From assembly GCA_035444565.1 (NCBI GenBank), contig DAOMOX010000001.1:258335-322334 (forward strand): a stretch of DNA of 64,000 nt. The letters are read 5' to 3'. Below the pieces are notes generated by a model that saw only the letters and a program-made list of their open reading frames with translations, did no database searches and had not been told where the DNA came from. This stretch comes from Candidatus Dojkabacteria bacterium. Lineage in GTDB: Bacteria > Patescibacteriota > Dojkabacteria > B142 > OLB20. A program made the position numbers and the translations under genes. Each line of letters starts with the position of its first letter. Position 1 is the stretch's first letter. Shown piece after piece: positions 30,220 to 40,986 of this stretch.

Positions 30220-32016
30220 ATGAGATCAATCTTAAAGGAGTTACTACATAGATTTGCTGACTATAATGCAGAACCATCAACCCTGTTAAATGTTTGGGGA
30301 TATTTTCTATTGCTTGTTTTATTCTTTCCAATATTTAGCAGCATTATCCCATCCTTTAATTTGGATGTTAGTAACTATGCTATCTTTTCGATTATTATTC
30401 TATTAACATTCTCCTTGATCATAAGCTATTCTTTACTAATTTTTAGTCAAGAGAAAACAACTTTCAGAAGTAGCTATATTAAATCAGCAACTATTATAAT
30501 AGTAGTATTAATGGCTCTTGGATTTTCTTCGTTTAACTTACTCTTCGATCTTAAAGCCCCAATACTTCACGACCCCTTGGATCATGCAATGATGGCTAAA
30601 AGCATTGTGGTAAACAATGAGATAAGTTTTTTCTACAGCCCATTATTGCATTCTCTGTCAGCAGTATTTAGTTTGGATAATGTTGAATGGATACCTTGGT
30701 TGATTACCTTTTTCACTCAATTGGCTGTATTTCTTATTCCCATTAACTATTCCTTTTTATATTTACACTTTACAAAAAGACGCAAGTATACTTTATTATT
30801 CTTCCTGTTAATCTCGTCATTGCATTTTCCTGCTAGTTTCTATTATTTGGCTGGAAAAAATTCTCTCATCCTTGGATTAAGCATTATTCCTTTCGTTGTG
30901 TTCTCATTAGACAACTTAAAGAAAAACTACTCATTCAAGAATCTCATAGTCTCTGCTCTAGCATTATTCCTACTGTTTATGGCCCATTATCCCACTTTTG
31001 GGATTTTTTGTTTTTTGATTATACCTTGGGTATTTACTAGCGTTTTTGGCCAAATTAAAAAGAAGAAGTTCAAAATATTAATTGCATCTCTTTTACCCTT
31101 CGTAATAAGTACAATATTTTCAATGCTTTGGTTTATCCCCCTCTACTCACAACAAGTTGAACTTATTAACGATTCTGTAATGCCTTCCAACGCGTCAGGA
31201 TTAAATCTAACAAAACAATATATATTGGAGAATCTTGAATTTGCCATAAATAACTACTTCATGAGATTCTTTCAAGTTTGGCATGTCATGTTTTTGATAC
31301 CCATATTTTTGAAGAAAATTAACTTAAGCTTAAAACTTTCATATATATGGATTTATACTTCTCTTTCTTTTTTATATTTCCTTGTTAACACACTTAATCA
31401 GAACACACTTCTAGGAATGGTCCCGAACACCTTGGAATTAATCTTCTCTCCACTTCTAATATTTGGGGTGATGTTGACTGTTAATTTAATTATTCAAAAT
31501 TTTAATTCCAAGATAAACTACATTTCATTCTTATTTATAATACTCGGTATTTTATCAATAAATTCACATCGTGTACTTAATGAGAAAATAATTTCGGAAC
31601 ATAATCGACTCAATCTAGTAGATCAGAATGATGTTCTAGCTTATAAATTTATAAACGAGAACCTTCCTGACGATGCCATAATACTGAATGCAGGACAAGA
31701 AGCCACTGCCAAAAGCGGAGCAATATATCCAGTAGACGGAGGACTATGGATCCCCTTGTATACCGATAAGGAGTTATTCATTGACTTCCAACAGTTTTCT
31801 AGTGTTCAAACTAATTATAACAATGAATTATTTCAAAAAATTGTTGTCGATAATGATGATAGTGAAGAAATTGAAGAAATCAAATCAATGGGGATAGAAT
31901 ACGGATATATAGATCAGGGTATTTTTGGAGATAGTCTTTCTGAAGGAATTCTTAATAATGTAGATTATACGGTTCTATTTGAATCAGGCACAGTAAAAAT
32001 AATTCAATTTGATTAA
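30220..32016 (+). CDS. Polytopic membrane protein, probable GT-C-fold glycosyltransferase
   Basis: At least 12 TMs, HDPLDH loop motif, FYSPLLH, and a soluble C-terminus (D..AY.FI..NLP.DA.ILN). Confidence 0.6.
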   Translation: MRSILKELLHRFADYNAEPSTLLNVWGYFLLLVLFFPIFSSIIPSFNLDVSNYAIFSIIILLTFSLIISYSLLIFSQEKTTFRSSYIKSATIIIVVLMALGFSSFNLLFDLKAPILHDPLDHAMMAKSIVVNNEISFFYSPLLHSLSAVFSLDNVEWIPWLITFFTQLAVFLIPINYSFLYLHFTKRRKYTLLFFLLISSLHFPASFYYLAGKNSLILGLSIIPFVVFSLDNLKKNYSFKNLIVSALALFLLFMAHYPTFGIFCFLIIPWVFTSVFGQIKKKKFKILIASLLPFVISTIFSMLWFIPLYSQQVELINDSVMPSNASGLNLTKQYILENLEFAINNYFMRFFQVWHVMFLIPIFLKKINLSLKLSYIWIYTSLSFLYFLVNTLNQNTLLGMVPNTLELIFSPLLIFGVMLTVNLIIQNFNSKINYISFLFIILGILSINSHRVLNEKIISEHNRLNLVDQNDVLAYKFINENLPDDAIILNAGQEATAKSGAIYPVDGGLWIPLYTDKELFIDFQQFSSVQTNYNNELFQKIVVDNDDSEEIEEIKSMGIEYGYIDQGIFGDSLSEGILNNVDYTVLFESGTVKIIQFD

Positions 32017-32075
32017 TTATTCATTACTACGTAATTTGAGGACGAATAGTCTTCTCTATTATTCTCGCTTCTAAT

Positions 32076-34136
32076 TCATAGTTTAGGAAGTGTAGGTTGC
32101 TCACCGAAAGTTAGTCTGCCATCGTTATGAATAAGACTTAAGTTTGGATTATAATAAGGATCACCCTCCTGTATATACTTTTTCCACTTTTTATAGAAGT
32201 AATTAATTTCTTTTGTAAATCTATACTCTTGTGTTGGATCAAGATGTTCGTATCCTCTACTTATTGACTCGTAATGATAGAGTTTGGAGAAAGGTGTATA
32301 TATATTTTTATAGCCAGCTTTCAAAAGTTTGAGACATAAATCAACATCATTGAAAGCAACGGCCAATTTTTCATCCAAACCTCCTACCTTTTCATACAAA
32401 TCTTTTTTAACCATAAGACAGGCTCCCGTAACTGCTGAAACATTATGAGTAACTCTTGGGAAATCAAGATGGGCAGGAACGGTAATTTCTTGCTCTCGAT
32501 AAATATGCGATGCAATGCCACCAATACCGATAACTACACCAGCATGCTGAATGGTATCATTTCTAAATAATAGTAAACTTCCGACAGCTCCAATATTGTC
32601 GAGTTGAGAGAATCTTAATAGGTTCGTTAACCATTCATTGTTAATCACTCGAACATCATTATTCAGTAGTAAGATGTGTTTACCACTCGCCTCTTTAACT
32701 GCAAAATTATTAATTGCTGCGTAATTGTATGGTTTTTTGTATTCAAGTATCTTGTGTTTTTTCGCAATATTTTTTAAATATTCTTTAGTACTAGCTTCCT
32801 CACTATTATTATCAACAATAATAATTTCATAGTTTTTATAACTTGTATACGCTTCTATACTATCGATAGCAGTTTTAATGTAATCTAGTTTATCTTTGGT
32901 TGGGATAATTATTGATATTTTCGGATTTCCTATTATCTTATAAGAGATGTTTGATGATGGTGCAGTTAGCCCAGGTTCCACTGTTGCCTTCAAACCTCTT
33001 CGCTTAATAGCATCTTTTACTGCCTTCTTCGAACTATCACTTGCATAGTCTTTGGTCTCATAGGTCAAAGCTGTACTCCCAGGAATTTGTCTCCAATGAT
33101 AAAGAATCATAGGGATTCTCTCGATATTGTCCGTAAGTTCAGTTGCTCTTAGAGCTAGATCATAGTCCTGACTTCCCTCATATCCCAACCTCATACCTCC
33201 GAGTTTCCTAATTAAAGATGTGCGATATGTTGAGTGAGCCAAATACATCGTTGATAGTAATGTATCTGGAGACCATGCAGGTTTAAAGTGGGGATGAACC
33301 CTAAACCCATTTTGATTCAATTTGTCTTCATCGTAATATACGATGTCTGTTTTAGGCTTTTGGGATAATAAATCACTAATAGCCAGTAAGGTGTATTTCG
33401 ACAGTTGATCATCATGGTCAAGAAAGAGAACATATTTTCCCGTAGCCAACTCAAGTGCCTGATTCGTTGCGTAAGATATATGACCGTTCTTTTGTCCGAA
33501 CTTCACTTTTATTCGCTCGTCCCCCATTCCTTTTAATGAATTCAAATATTCTATCGTTTCACTATTAGAACTTGCATCATCGTAAATGCATAATTCCCAA
33601 CCACCATAAAGTTGTCGTTTTACAGACTGTATAGTATCTTCAAGTACGTTAGGACTTGTGTTATACGTTGGAATAATAACGCTAAATAGGATGTCAGCAG
33701 GAACACTATCTATTCTATTAGTTAAATCTTTGAATACATTTATTTCGAATTTTTTTTGCCATCTTAGATATTCAATTTCTTCTAATCCTATATATTGCTT
33801 ACCTACAATTTTGGAGGCAATATGATTTATAAAAACAGCTAACCCTGCATACTTATATATTCTCAATAAACTAATGACTTTAGATTTAGTTTTTTCATAA
33901 GGCAAGATTTTATTAATCAAAATCGTAATTGTTGATGGAGTATTCGATTGAATAACCCGAGTCAGAGACCTATTCTCTTTTTGTAAAGTATCTATCTTTT
34001 TCTGCATAAATTTTATCTGATTATGTTTCTCGTTAAGGGCTTTTATCAAATCAGACTTTTCCATATGAGAACCTAGTCCTTCTAATACCGACCCTCCCTT
34101 ATTATGTGAGCTGTGTTTTGATTTAACTGCTTTCAT
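32076..34136 (-). CDS. Dual GT2 glycosyltransferase with N-terminal coiled coil (O-antigen/S-layer glycan polymerase-like)
   Basis: Coiled coil, then IPTYNT, DDAS, LDHDD, YDEDK, GSQDYDL; second domain IPTKD, LNND, IQHAGV, AVTGAC, NDVDLC. Confidence 0.9.
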   Translation of the reverse strand: MKAVKSKHSSHNKGGSVLEGLGSHMEKSDLIKALNEKHNQIKFMQKKIDTLQKENRSLTRVIQSNTPSTITILINKILPYEKTKSKVISLLRIYKYAGLAVFINHIASKIVGKQYIGLEEIEYLRWQKKFEINVFKDLTNRIDSVPADILFSVIIPTYNTSPNVLEDTIQSVKRQLYGGWELCIYDDASSNSETIEYLNSLKGMGDERIKVKFGQKNGHISYATNQALELATGKYVLFLDHDDQLSKYTLLAISDLLSQKPKTDIVYYDEDKLNQNGFRVHPHFKPAWSPDTLLSTMYLAHSTYRTSLIRKLGGMRLGYEGSQDYDLALRATELTDNIERIPMILYHWRQIPGSTALTYETKDYASDSSKKAVKDAIKRRGLKATVEPGLTAPSSNISYKIIGNPKISIIIPTKDKLDYIKTAIDSIEAYTSYKNYEIIIVDNNSEEASTKEYLKNIAKKHKILEYKKPYNYAAINNFAVKEASGKHILLLNNDVRVINNEWLTNLLRFSQLDNIGAVGSLLLFRNDTIQHAGVVIGIGGIASHIYREQEITVPAHLDFPRVTHNVSAVTGACLMVKKDLYEKVGGLDEKLAVAFNDVDLCLKLLKAGYKNIYTPFSKLYHYESISRGYEHLDPTQEYRFTKEINYFYKKWKKYIQEGDPYYNPNLSLIHNDGRLTFGEQPTLPKL

Positions 34137-34260
34137 GAAAAATCAAATTAATTATAATCAAAATGTTAAAAAGCATTCTAACACAAGTGATTGATATTCA
34201 GAATCTCAGTAGATTTATCAATAAAGTATTAAAACTATTCTCCCTGCTCTAGTAGATGCT

Positions 34261-35211
34261 CTAGACAAGCCTTCCTCTTTTTTTTACTTCCTTAATAGGT
34301 GTTCTCAGCATTCTATATAAAAAAGAATTAGCTTTATATAGATTCTTAGAAGAATCAAGTCTTGCCGATTCCATTTTTGAGAAAGTTTTTCCTACTCGTC
34401 TATCATCTTGATTATTGCCCCATTCGTAAAATAAATGTTCAGGGGTAGGATCACTCATATCAAATATGTTGTTTGTAAGTTTTTTTAACTGAGACTTTCG
34501 AGGTAGATGAAATTTTTTTTCATCAAAATTTGCCCTAAAACCATGCCATCCGTATTCTTGAACTTCTTTTTGTGAGTACTTCGACTTTTTTGTATATTTA
34601 TCAATTGCGTGTTGCTTACTCAAAAAAATATAATGTTTCAAAATAAATGGATTTGGATATATCTTCATATTCTCAAAAAATACCCTATGTCCACCAGATG
34701 TCTCAAATGAGATTAAGTTTTCAGTTTTCTTCCATAATTTAATCTGTGAAAATGGTTCAGATGAATGAAAATAATAATATTTCATTTCATCTTCGTAATT
34801 TTTACCGATATAACTCTTTCCATCTTCAGGCATGAAGTTAAACAAATGAAAATTTACAGCGTTATAACCTAGTGATTCAACTTTTACAAGTGCATCTTTT
34901 ATGGTTTTGAAAGGCCTGTGTGGCAGCCTAATCTCGTCAGCATCACAATGCATAAACCAATCTGAATCATAGGAATTTGCTATGTTCTCTTCAAACTTTA
35001 GAATTTCCTCAAGTTTGAAAACACCTCCAGTATCAATGTAATCTATTTTCACTATTCCTTTATTGAGATACTTTTTTGCTACTTCTAAGCTATCGTCTAC
35101 AGACCCATTATCAATCAAGTAAATCTCAAATCCTTGCTTAATGAGGTTTTCTATACAGTACTTGAGATAATACTCTTCATTTTTTATTGTTAATAACGCT
35201 GTGAGTTTCAT
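34261..35211 (-). CDS. GT2-like glycosyltransferase (Glyco_tranf_2_4 type)
   Basis: KNEEYYL, IDNGSVD, WFMHCDADE, GGH, LKHY. Confidence 0.8.
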   Translation of the reverse strand: MKLTALLTIKNEEYYLKYCIENLIKQGFEIYLIDNGSVDDSLEVAKKYLNKGIVKIDYIDTGGVFKLEEILKFEENIANSYDSDWFMHCDADEIRLPHRPFKTIKDALVKVESLGYNAVNFHLFNFMPEDGKSYIGKNYEDEMKYYYFHSSEPFSQIKLWKKTENLISFETSGGHRVFFENMKIYPNPFILKHYIFLSKQHAIDKYTKKSKYSQKEVQEYGWHGFRANFDEKKFHLPRKSQLKKLTNNIFDMSDPTPEHLFYEWGNNQDDRRVGKTFSKMESARLDSSKNLYKANSFLYRMLRTPIKEVKKRGRLV

Positions 35212-35282
35212 GCTTTAAATACTGCTAAAAATACGACGTAATGTTCATAAAATGAATTATATCATTTGATTATATTGATGAA

Positions 35283-38018
35283 TTACATACCGGGAACTAC
35301 ATAGAACGAGTTGTCCAAAGAATTTACTTGAATCGTGTAAAACGCATTGGTAGAGTCTACTACGACAGGTCCTAAGTTACTAGGTTGTAAATCGTAATAA
35401 ATTTGGCTTATTCTATTTCCCGGAGCTATTTGATACGGACCTTTGACCTCGCTTCCCACAGTTAAATCCACACTTATTGTTTGCGAAGTAGACGGGTTGC
35501 CTACCACAATCCATGATCGCCTACTAGAATTTACAATATATTCAGGATAATAATATGACGTTGTAAAGTTTGCAGGTATTAATCCTACCATTTGATAATA
35601 GTTTCCATTTACTGAACTGACCTGTGAAGTATACACATTGTTATCTGACGTTACTGACACAGGTCCCTTGTTTGATACATCTAAATCATAATATATTTTA
35701 CTTATCCTCTCTCCAGGCAAAATTTCATATGGTCCCTTAGATACTCCACCAATTTCAATATTAACATTTGCTGTCAATGTTGCCGATGGATTCCCCACAA
35801 TAATCCATGATTGCCTACTAGGGTTAACTATGTACTCAGGATAAAAGTAATTATTTGTTAATTCGCTAACTTTTATTCCCTGTATCTGGTTAAAACTTCC
35901 GTTTACGGAATTAATCTGAGAAGCAAAGATATTTATATTTGCACTAATTTTCACTGGGCCTAGATTCCCAAGTGTTAGGTCAGAAAAACTAAGGCTATTT
36001 CTAGCTCCTGGGATAAGAGTATATGGTCCTTTACTTTCGTCTCCAATTACAATATTAACAATAGCATTTTGCACACTTGTAGCTGGATTACCGAATACCA
36101 ACCAGGAACCCCTGAAGCTATTGACAATATATTCTGGGAAGTAGTATTCATTTGATAAGTCAGTCAAATCCATACCGTGAACTTGATAATAAGAAGAACC
36201 CACCTTACTTACTTGAGTTGAGAATGCAGGACCACTGGCAATTACTTCTACTGGACCTAAATTACCAGGTGACAAATTACTATAACTTATACTTTTACGT
36301 TCACCAGGTTTCAGCTGATATGGTCCAAATATTTCATCCTTTATTTTATTCATATAGAAAAGATCGTCTGTATCTGAAGGGTTGGCAGTAATAAGCCAAG
36401 AGCCCCTTGAAGTGGAATTTACAATATACTCAGAAAAGAATGAATTCGTCAGTAAAGTTGACGAGTATAGAAAAGCTTTATGAAAATCTATAACACCTAC
36501 ACCTGTCTGGTCATCTCTACCTATAACATTTATATCATTTGTGGCAGTTCCGAGGGCGATTCTTAATTCATCGCTACTCATCCCGAAGTTATTCCCCAAT
36601 ATAATAGCTGCCGCTGCTGCAACTTGTGGAGAAGCAAACGAGGTTCCTATTGCATACTGATTAGAAAATTGTTTGTATCGAGATACGTTTGTACTGTTAT
36701 AACAGTCTGTCCTAGCTGTAAAACAAGTATAGGATTGTTGATAGGTTGCATCACCAGCTCCTCCCCAATCTCCAACATAAGCGACCAAATCGAGTTCGGG
36801 CCCATAAGCTGAATAGGATGTTTTAGAACCATCGGTTTTCACAGCTCCGACCGCAACGACATTCGGATATTTTGCGGGATAATATACAGATCCACCTTTG
36901 TTTCCCGAAGAGGCAATTACTAATACTCCTGCATTATGAGCATTATTTATCGCTTGCTCGAGTAGTGCATCATAACTTGACCCTGCAAGACTCATGTTTA
37001 TAATATCTGCACCATTATCAACTGCATAATTAATTGATTCTACTAACCTAGAACTTCCAAATGAAGGTGTCTTTGAATAATTTGCTTTGATGGTCATTAT
37101 TTGAACATTTGCTGCGGGGGATACACTTCCGGTCCCATTTCCTGTAAGTGAAGCAATTAATCCGGTCACAAATGTTCCATGCCCACCATCATCATCTGGA
37201 TGTCCTGTCTCACCGGATTCTTGTGTAGAACATCCCCAGGTGTTGCAGTAAAAATAATTCTCCATATTCACTCCATGGTAGTCATCAATAAATCCATTTC
37301 CGTCATCATCAATATCGTTATTTGGTGTTTCTCCTGAATTTGTCCATAGATTAATACTGTCTCCTACAAACATATCTGGAGCAGGATCAAAGTCAAAAGG
37401 AGTTGATGCTACATCTTCCCAGACAGAAGTATAATCCTGAAAGGCTAGTCCAGTATCAATAACTGCAACTACTACGTCGCTTGAACCTCCGCAACCAACT
37501 CCACTATTAAAACAATCCTGTTCATACCAAAGTGATCGCAAGTTCGACTTTTCATAGTACCAATGATTACCAGTTGCTGGTAATGGTGTTAGATCGAAAT
37601 CATCAGGAGTATCGAGTAAGCTATCCCTACTCCACACTTCGTTCGTATACAAGTAGTCTGGTTGAACGTGTTTGATACTTTTATCATTAAGCAATTCAAC
37701 AAGTTTCGATTCTAATTTCTCTAATCTTTTCTGATTCTTTGAGAAATCATTATTTTTCTCCCGTAACAACTTCGATGAGACATAACCCTCTTCCTCTTGA
37801 ATATCTTCGAGAACTATAATCTCAGGTTTGTCACTGTTCTCCCTTACAACCACTAATCTAGTAAGATCAAATTCATACTCATCCTTTAATAGCTGTTGGA
37901 CTTTCTCGTTATTTGCTTTTGCATTGACTGCGTCCAAACCAAAGTTATAGAAAGTAGAAGCAATTAATAGAGTTACAATTAATAAAAATGTTTTGGGAAA
38001 GACTTTTGTATAGTTCAA
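35283..38018 (-). CDS. Secreted S8 subtilisin-like peptidase with four C-terminal ~95-aa repeats
   Basis: Signal-like N-terminus; catalytic triad VAVIDTG / HGTFVTG / GTSFASPQVA; oxyanion SSGN; four repeats PEYIVN..R.SW...GNP...KGPY...PG.R...LGPV. Confidence 0.9.
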   Translation of the reverse strand: MNYTKVFPKTFLLIVTLLIASTFYNFGLDAVNAKANNEKVQQLLKDEYEFDLTRLVVVRENSDKPEIIVLEDIQEEEGYVSSKLLREKNNDFSKNQKRLEKLESKLVELLNDKSIKHVQPDYLYTNEVWSRDSLLDTPDDFDLTPLPATGNHWYYEKSNLRSLWYEQDCFNSGVGCGGSSDVVVAVIDTGLAFQDYTSVWEDVASTPFDFDPAPDMFVGDSINLWTNSGETPNNDIDDDGNGFIDDYHGVNMENYFYCNTWGCSTQESGETGHPDDDGGHGTFVTGLIASLTGNGTGSVSPAANVQIMTIKANYSKTPSFGSSRLVESINYAVDNGADIINMSLAGSSYDALLEQAINNAHNAGVLVIASSGNKGGSVYYPAKYPNVVAVGAVKTDGSKTSYSAYGPELDLVAYVGDWGGAGDATYQQSYTCFTARTDCYNSTNVSRYKQFSNQYAIGTSFASPQVAAAAAIILGNNFGMSSDELRIALGTATNDINVIGRDDQTGVGVIDFHKAFLYSSTLLTNSFFSEYIVNSTSRGSWLITANPSDTDDLFYMNKIKDEIFGPYQLKPGERKSISYSNLSPGNLGPVEVIASGPAFSTQVSKVGSSYYQVHGMDLTDLSNEYYFPEYIVNSFRGSWLVFGNPATSVQNAIVNIVIGDESKGPYTLIPGARNSLSFSDLTLGNLGPVKISANINIFASQINSVNGSFNQIQGIKVSELTNNYFYPEYIVNPSRQSWIIVGNPSATLTANVNIEIGGVSKGPYEILPGERISKIYYDLDVSNKGPVSVTSDNNVYTSQVSSVNGNYYQMVGLIPANFTTSYYYPEYIVNSSRRSWIVVGNPSTSQTISVDLTVGSEVKGPYQIAPGNRISQIYYDLQPSNLGPVVVDSTNAFYTIQVNSLDNSFYVVPGM

Positions 38019-38161
38019 AGCTTTGTCTTAAATTCTAAAGTAAGTGTATAATCGAACATTATTAGTATATCTTTCAAAAATCATACTAGCAAATATTCTG
38101 AATAAATAGCTCTGATTTACCCTACTAAAATGTTAAAATTCAACCATATAGTAAATAGTTT

Positions 38162-39076
38162 ATGGCAAAGATAATACAAATTAATCCTGACAATATTGAC
38201 TCTTATCTTGATTCCTCAGAAAAATATCTCGCAAAATTTTTCGATAAACCTGAAGCTGAAAACGACGAAAAAATTCAGAAAGAGCTAAAAAAACGACATC
38301 TATCATGGCCTATTAAATATCACCTCTCTCCTCAGAGACATATGCTATTAAATTGGTACCCTTTCAGAACCGATTCCTCACTACTCGAAATAGGAGCTGG
38401 TTGTGGGGCTATTACCGGTGTTTTTGTTAACAAACTTAAGCAAATCGACAGCAATGAATTATCTCCTTCAAGGGCTCAGGTCATATATAACAGATTTAGG
38501 AACGTCCCCAACTTAAACATTTTGACAGGGGATATTAATGACCTTAAGACAAAAATACAATACGATTATGTGACTCTAATTGGCGTTCTTGAGTACTCCG
38601 GGAAGTATTCAAAGTCAAAAGAACCCTATCTTGATATTCTAAGGACTTCTAAGAAATTATTAAAGAAAGACGGTCATTTGTTAATTGCGATAGAAAACAA
38701 ACTAGGTTTGAAATATATAGGTGGTGCACCTGAAGACCATACGGGAAAACTTTTTGACTCATTAGAAAACTATCCTCAAAGTGAAGGCGTTAGAACATTC
38801 TCCAAATCTGAATTAACAAAACTAATTATAAGCGCTGGTTTTGAGAAAACGGATTTCTATTACCCATTCCCAGATTACAAAATGCCTCAAATCGTTTTTT
38901 CAGAAGAGGGATTATTAAATATAAAAAACATGACAAACAGCTCTGTTCTCAGAACTGTAGACGATAGTCAAGATTTTATAAAACTATTTAACGAGACATC
39001 TCTTGGACAGACCCTCTCGGACGAGATGTTAATTGATAAATTTGCTAATTCATTTTTAGTTGATGCGCATGTATAA
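38162..39076 (+). CDS. Class I SAM methyltransferase (glycan-capping type)
   Basis: LLEIGAGCGAIT, YDYVTLIGVLEY, IAIENKLGLKY.GGAPEDH, YYPFPDYK.P, FANSF. Confidence 0.85.
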   Translation: MAKIIQINPDNIDSYLDSSEKYLAKFFDKPEAENDEKIQKELKKRHLSWPIKYHLSPQRHMLLNWYPFRTDSSLLEIGAGCGAITGVFVNKLKQIDSNELSPSRAQVIYNRFRNVPNLNILTGDINDLKTKIQYDYVTLIGVLEYSGKYSKSKEPYLDILRTSKKLLKKDGHLLIAIENKLGLKYIGGAPEDHTGKLFDSLENYPQSEGVRTFSKSELTKLIISAGFEKTDFYYPFPDYKMPQIVFSEEGLLNIKNMTNSSVLRTVDDSQDFIKLFNETSLGQTLSDEMLIDKFANSFLVDAHV

Positions 39077-40199
39077 AACTCATTTTGCTCAGGCACAGTA
39101 CAACAGAGAAAGAAAATATACAGTTCTCACCAAATTAATAAGCAACGACTCTGAGAAATATATCACTAAAGAAGCGGTTTTCCCCGAAGGCACCAACCAT
39201 ATTGAGTCAATTTTTACAAACTACCAACTTCTTTCAAAATCATCCCACAAGTTTCTACTTCCAAAAACTGAAATAAAAAATCAGGTTTTATGGACGGAGT
39301 TTATTGACGGAACAAATATTGAATCAAAGATAGAAAGCCTTCTATTTAAGGGGGATATTGTAGAGGCAAATAAATTAGTTTCTGAAGTGATTGAATTCAT
39401 ACAGACTTTTCAGGTAGTTCAAGACAATCCTTATAACTACCCTGATTTTGTATCGCAATTTGATCCGAAGAAAGTTTATAAAGAAAAAGACAACATATCC
39501 TGTTTAAAGCCGGGTTTTTATGACATTAACTTTGACAACATAATAAGGAAAGATAATAAATATTACTTCGTAGATTTTGAATGGTGTTTTGAATATCCGC
39601 TGCCTAAAGAGTATCTGCTACTTAGAACCATTTTCTATCTCTCTTTAAAACTTAAACGGAGAATTCACTCAATTACATCTCCAAAATTTAAATGTTATAA
39701 CTTCTTTCATGATATTTATGTGCCAGTTGAGTGGTTAAAGAATACTCCTCACTCTGCCCAAATGTTTCAAAAAATGCTGGATTATGAATACAATCTACTC
39801 TCTAAGATATTTATTAGTTACCCCAAGCTAGAAAAAATAAAGAAAAGCTATAAAAAATTTGTAAAAGACACACCTTATAACTCTCCTGTAGAATCAATAC
39901 TTTCGTTGACAAATACTATCGAGAATGACAAAAAAGAAATCGCACAATTACAATCCTCTATTGATTCCAATAATATTACAATAAACACTCTTCAAAGATC
40001 AGTAAAGTCGAAGGACGATGTTATAAAAAATCACTACAAGCATATTGAAGAATTGAGAGAAATTAATCGTAAATATCAAACTAGGAGTTACAAGACATTA
40101 GAAAAACTTGAAAAAACGAAAATTGCTCAATTCAGACCACTTCGTATTATGGTTAGAAAAGCTCTATCACTAATAATTCGGTTAATTAGAGTTGCTTAA
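39060..40199 (+). CDS. Kinase-like domain plus C-terminal coiled-coil protein
   Basis: EFIDG, DINFDNII..DNKYYFVDFEW (kinase catalytic/metal-loop-like), long coiled coil, basic amphipathic C-terminus. Confidence 0.65.
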   Translation: MMRMYKTHFAQAQYNRERKYTVLTKLISNDSEKYITKEAVFPEGTNHIESIFTNYQLLSKSSHKFLLPKTEIKNQVLWTEFIDGTNIESKIESLLFKGDIVEANKLVSEVIEFIQTFQVVQDNPYNYPDFVSQFDPKKVYKEKDNISCLKPGFYDINFDNIIRKDNKYYFVDFEWCFEYPLPKEYLLLRTIFYLSLKLKRRIHSITSPKFKCYNFFHDIYVPVEWLKNTPHSAQMFQKMLDYEYNLLSKIFISYPKLEKIKKSYKKFVKDTPYNSPVESILSLTNTIENDKKEIAQLQSSIDSNNITINTLQRSVKSKDDVIKNHYKHIEELREINRKYQTRSYKTLEKLEKTKIAQFRPLRIMVRKALSLIIRLIRVA

Positions 40200-40233
40200 T
40201 TCAGTAGGGTTTGAAAAGGAAACTGATAAAGAC

Positions 40234-40983
40234 TTACTCCTGTGATACCAATCCCATCTGATTCTCGAAGATTTTAATCCCTTCCCCTGTTGGTCCATTA
40301 TAGACCACCTCTCCATTTTTCAGAAGAATCACTCGGTTACAATATTGTTTAACGTCTTTGATGTTATGACTAACCAGAATCCCTGTGGCTCCGTTTGAGA
40401 GTAAACTAAGCATTTTCTCTAAGCTTTTTTTCTGGAAACCTGCGTCTCCCACTGACAACACTTCGTCGAGTAGATAAATATCTGCTCTAGCCTCTACTGC
40501 GATTGCAAATGCAAGCCTTATAACCATACCGCTCGAGTAATTCTTCACCTGTAGATCGATAAAATCTCTAATTTCTGCAAAGTCCACAATTTCGTCAAAC
40601 TTAGATTCGACATATTTCCTGGTCATGCCCAAAATTATGCCATTAAGATAGATATTTTCTCTTCCGGTGAGTTCTGGATTGAATCCTACCCCTAATTCCA
40701 AAAACGGTACCAATGTCCCATTTACGTGGACCTTCCCTTTTGTAGGTTCAAAAATTCCTGCTAATATTTTCAATAATGTGCTTTTCCCACTACCATTACG
40801 GCCTATTACCCCAACAAAGTCTCCTTGGTTAATTTTGAAATCGACACTTTTCAGGGCATAGAACCTCTCTTTTCCTATTCTTTTGAATGGATGCAGAAAA
40901 TAACTTTTGAGCGTATTCCTACTCTCATGAGGAATCTCAAATACTTTACTTACATTTTCTACTTCAATTATTGGTTTATCCAT
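40234..40983 (-). CDS. wzt: Polysaccharide ABC exporter ATPase
   Basis: GRNGSGKSTLL, ELGVGFNPELTGRENI, YSSGMVIRLAF, LLDEVLSVGD. Confidence 0.93.
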   Translation of the reverse strand: MDKPIIEVENVSKVFEIPHESRNTLKSYFLHPFKRIGKERFYALKSVDFKINQGDFVGVIGRNGSGKSTLLKILAGIFEPTKGKVHVNGTLVPFLELGVGFNPELTGRENIYLNGIILGMTRKYVESKFDEIVDFAEIRDFIDLQVKNYSSGMVIRLAFAIAVEARADIYLLDEVLSVGDAGFQKKSLEKMLSLLSNGATGILVSHNIKDVKQYCNRVILLKNGEVVYNGPTGEGIKIFENQMGLVSQE

Positions 40984-40986
40984 TTT

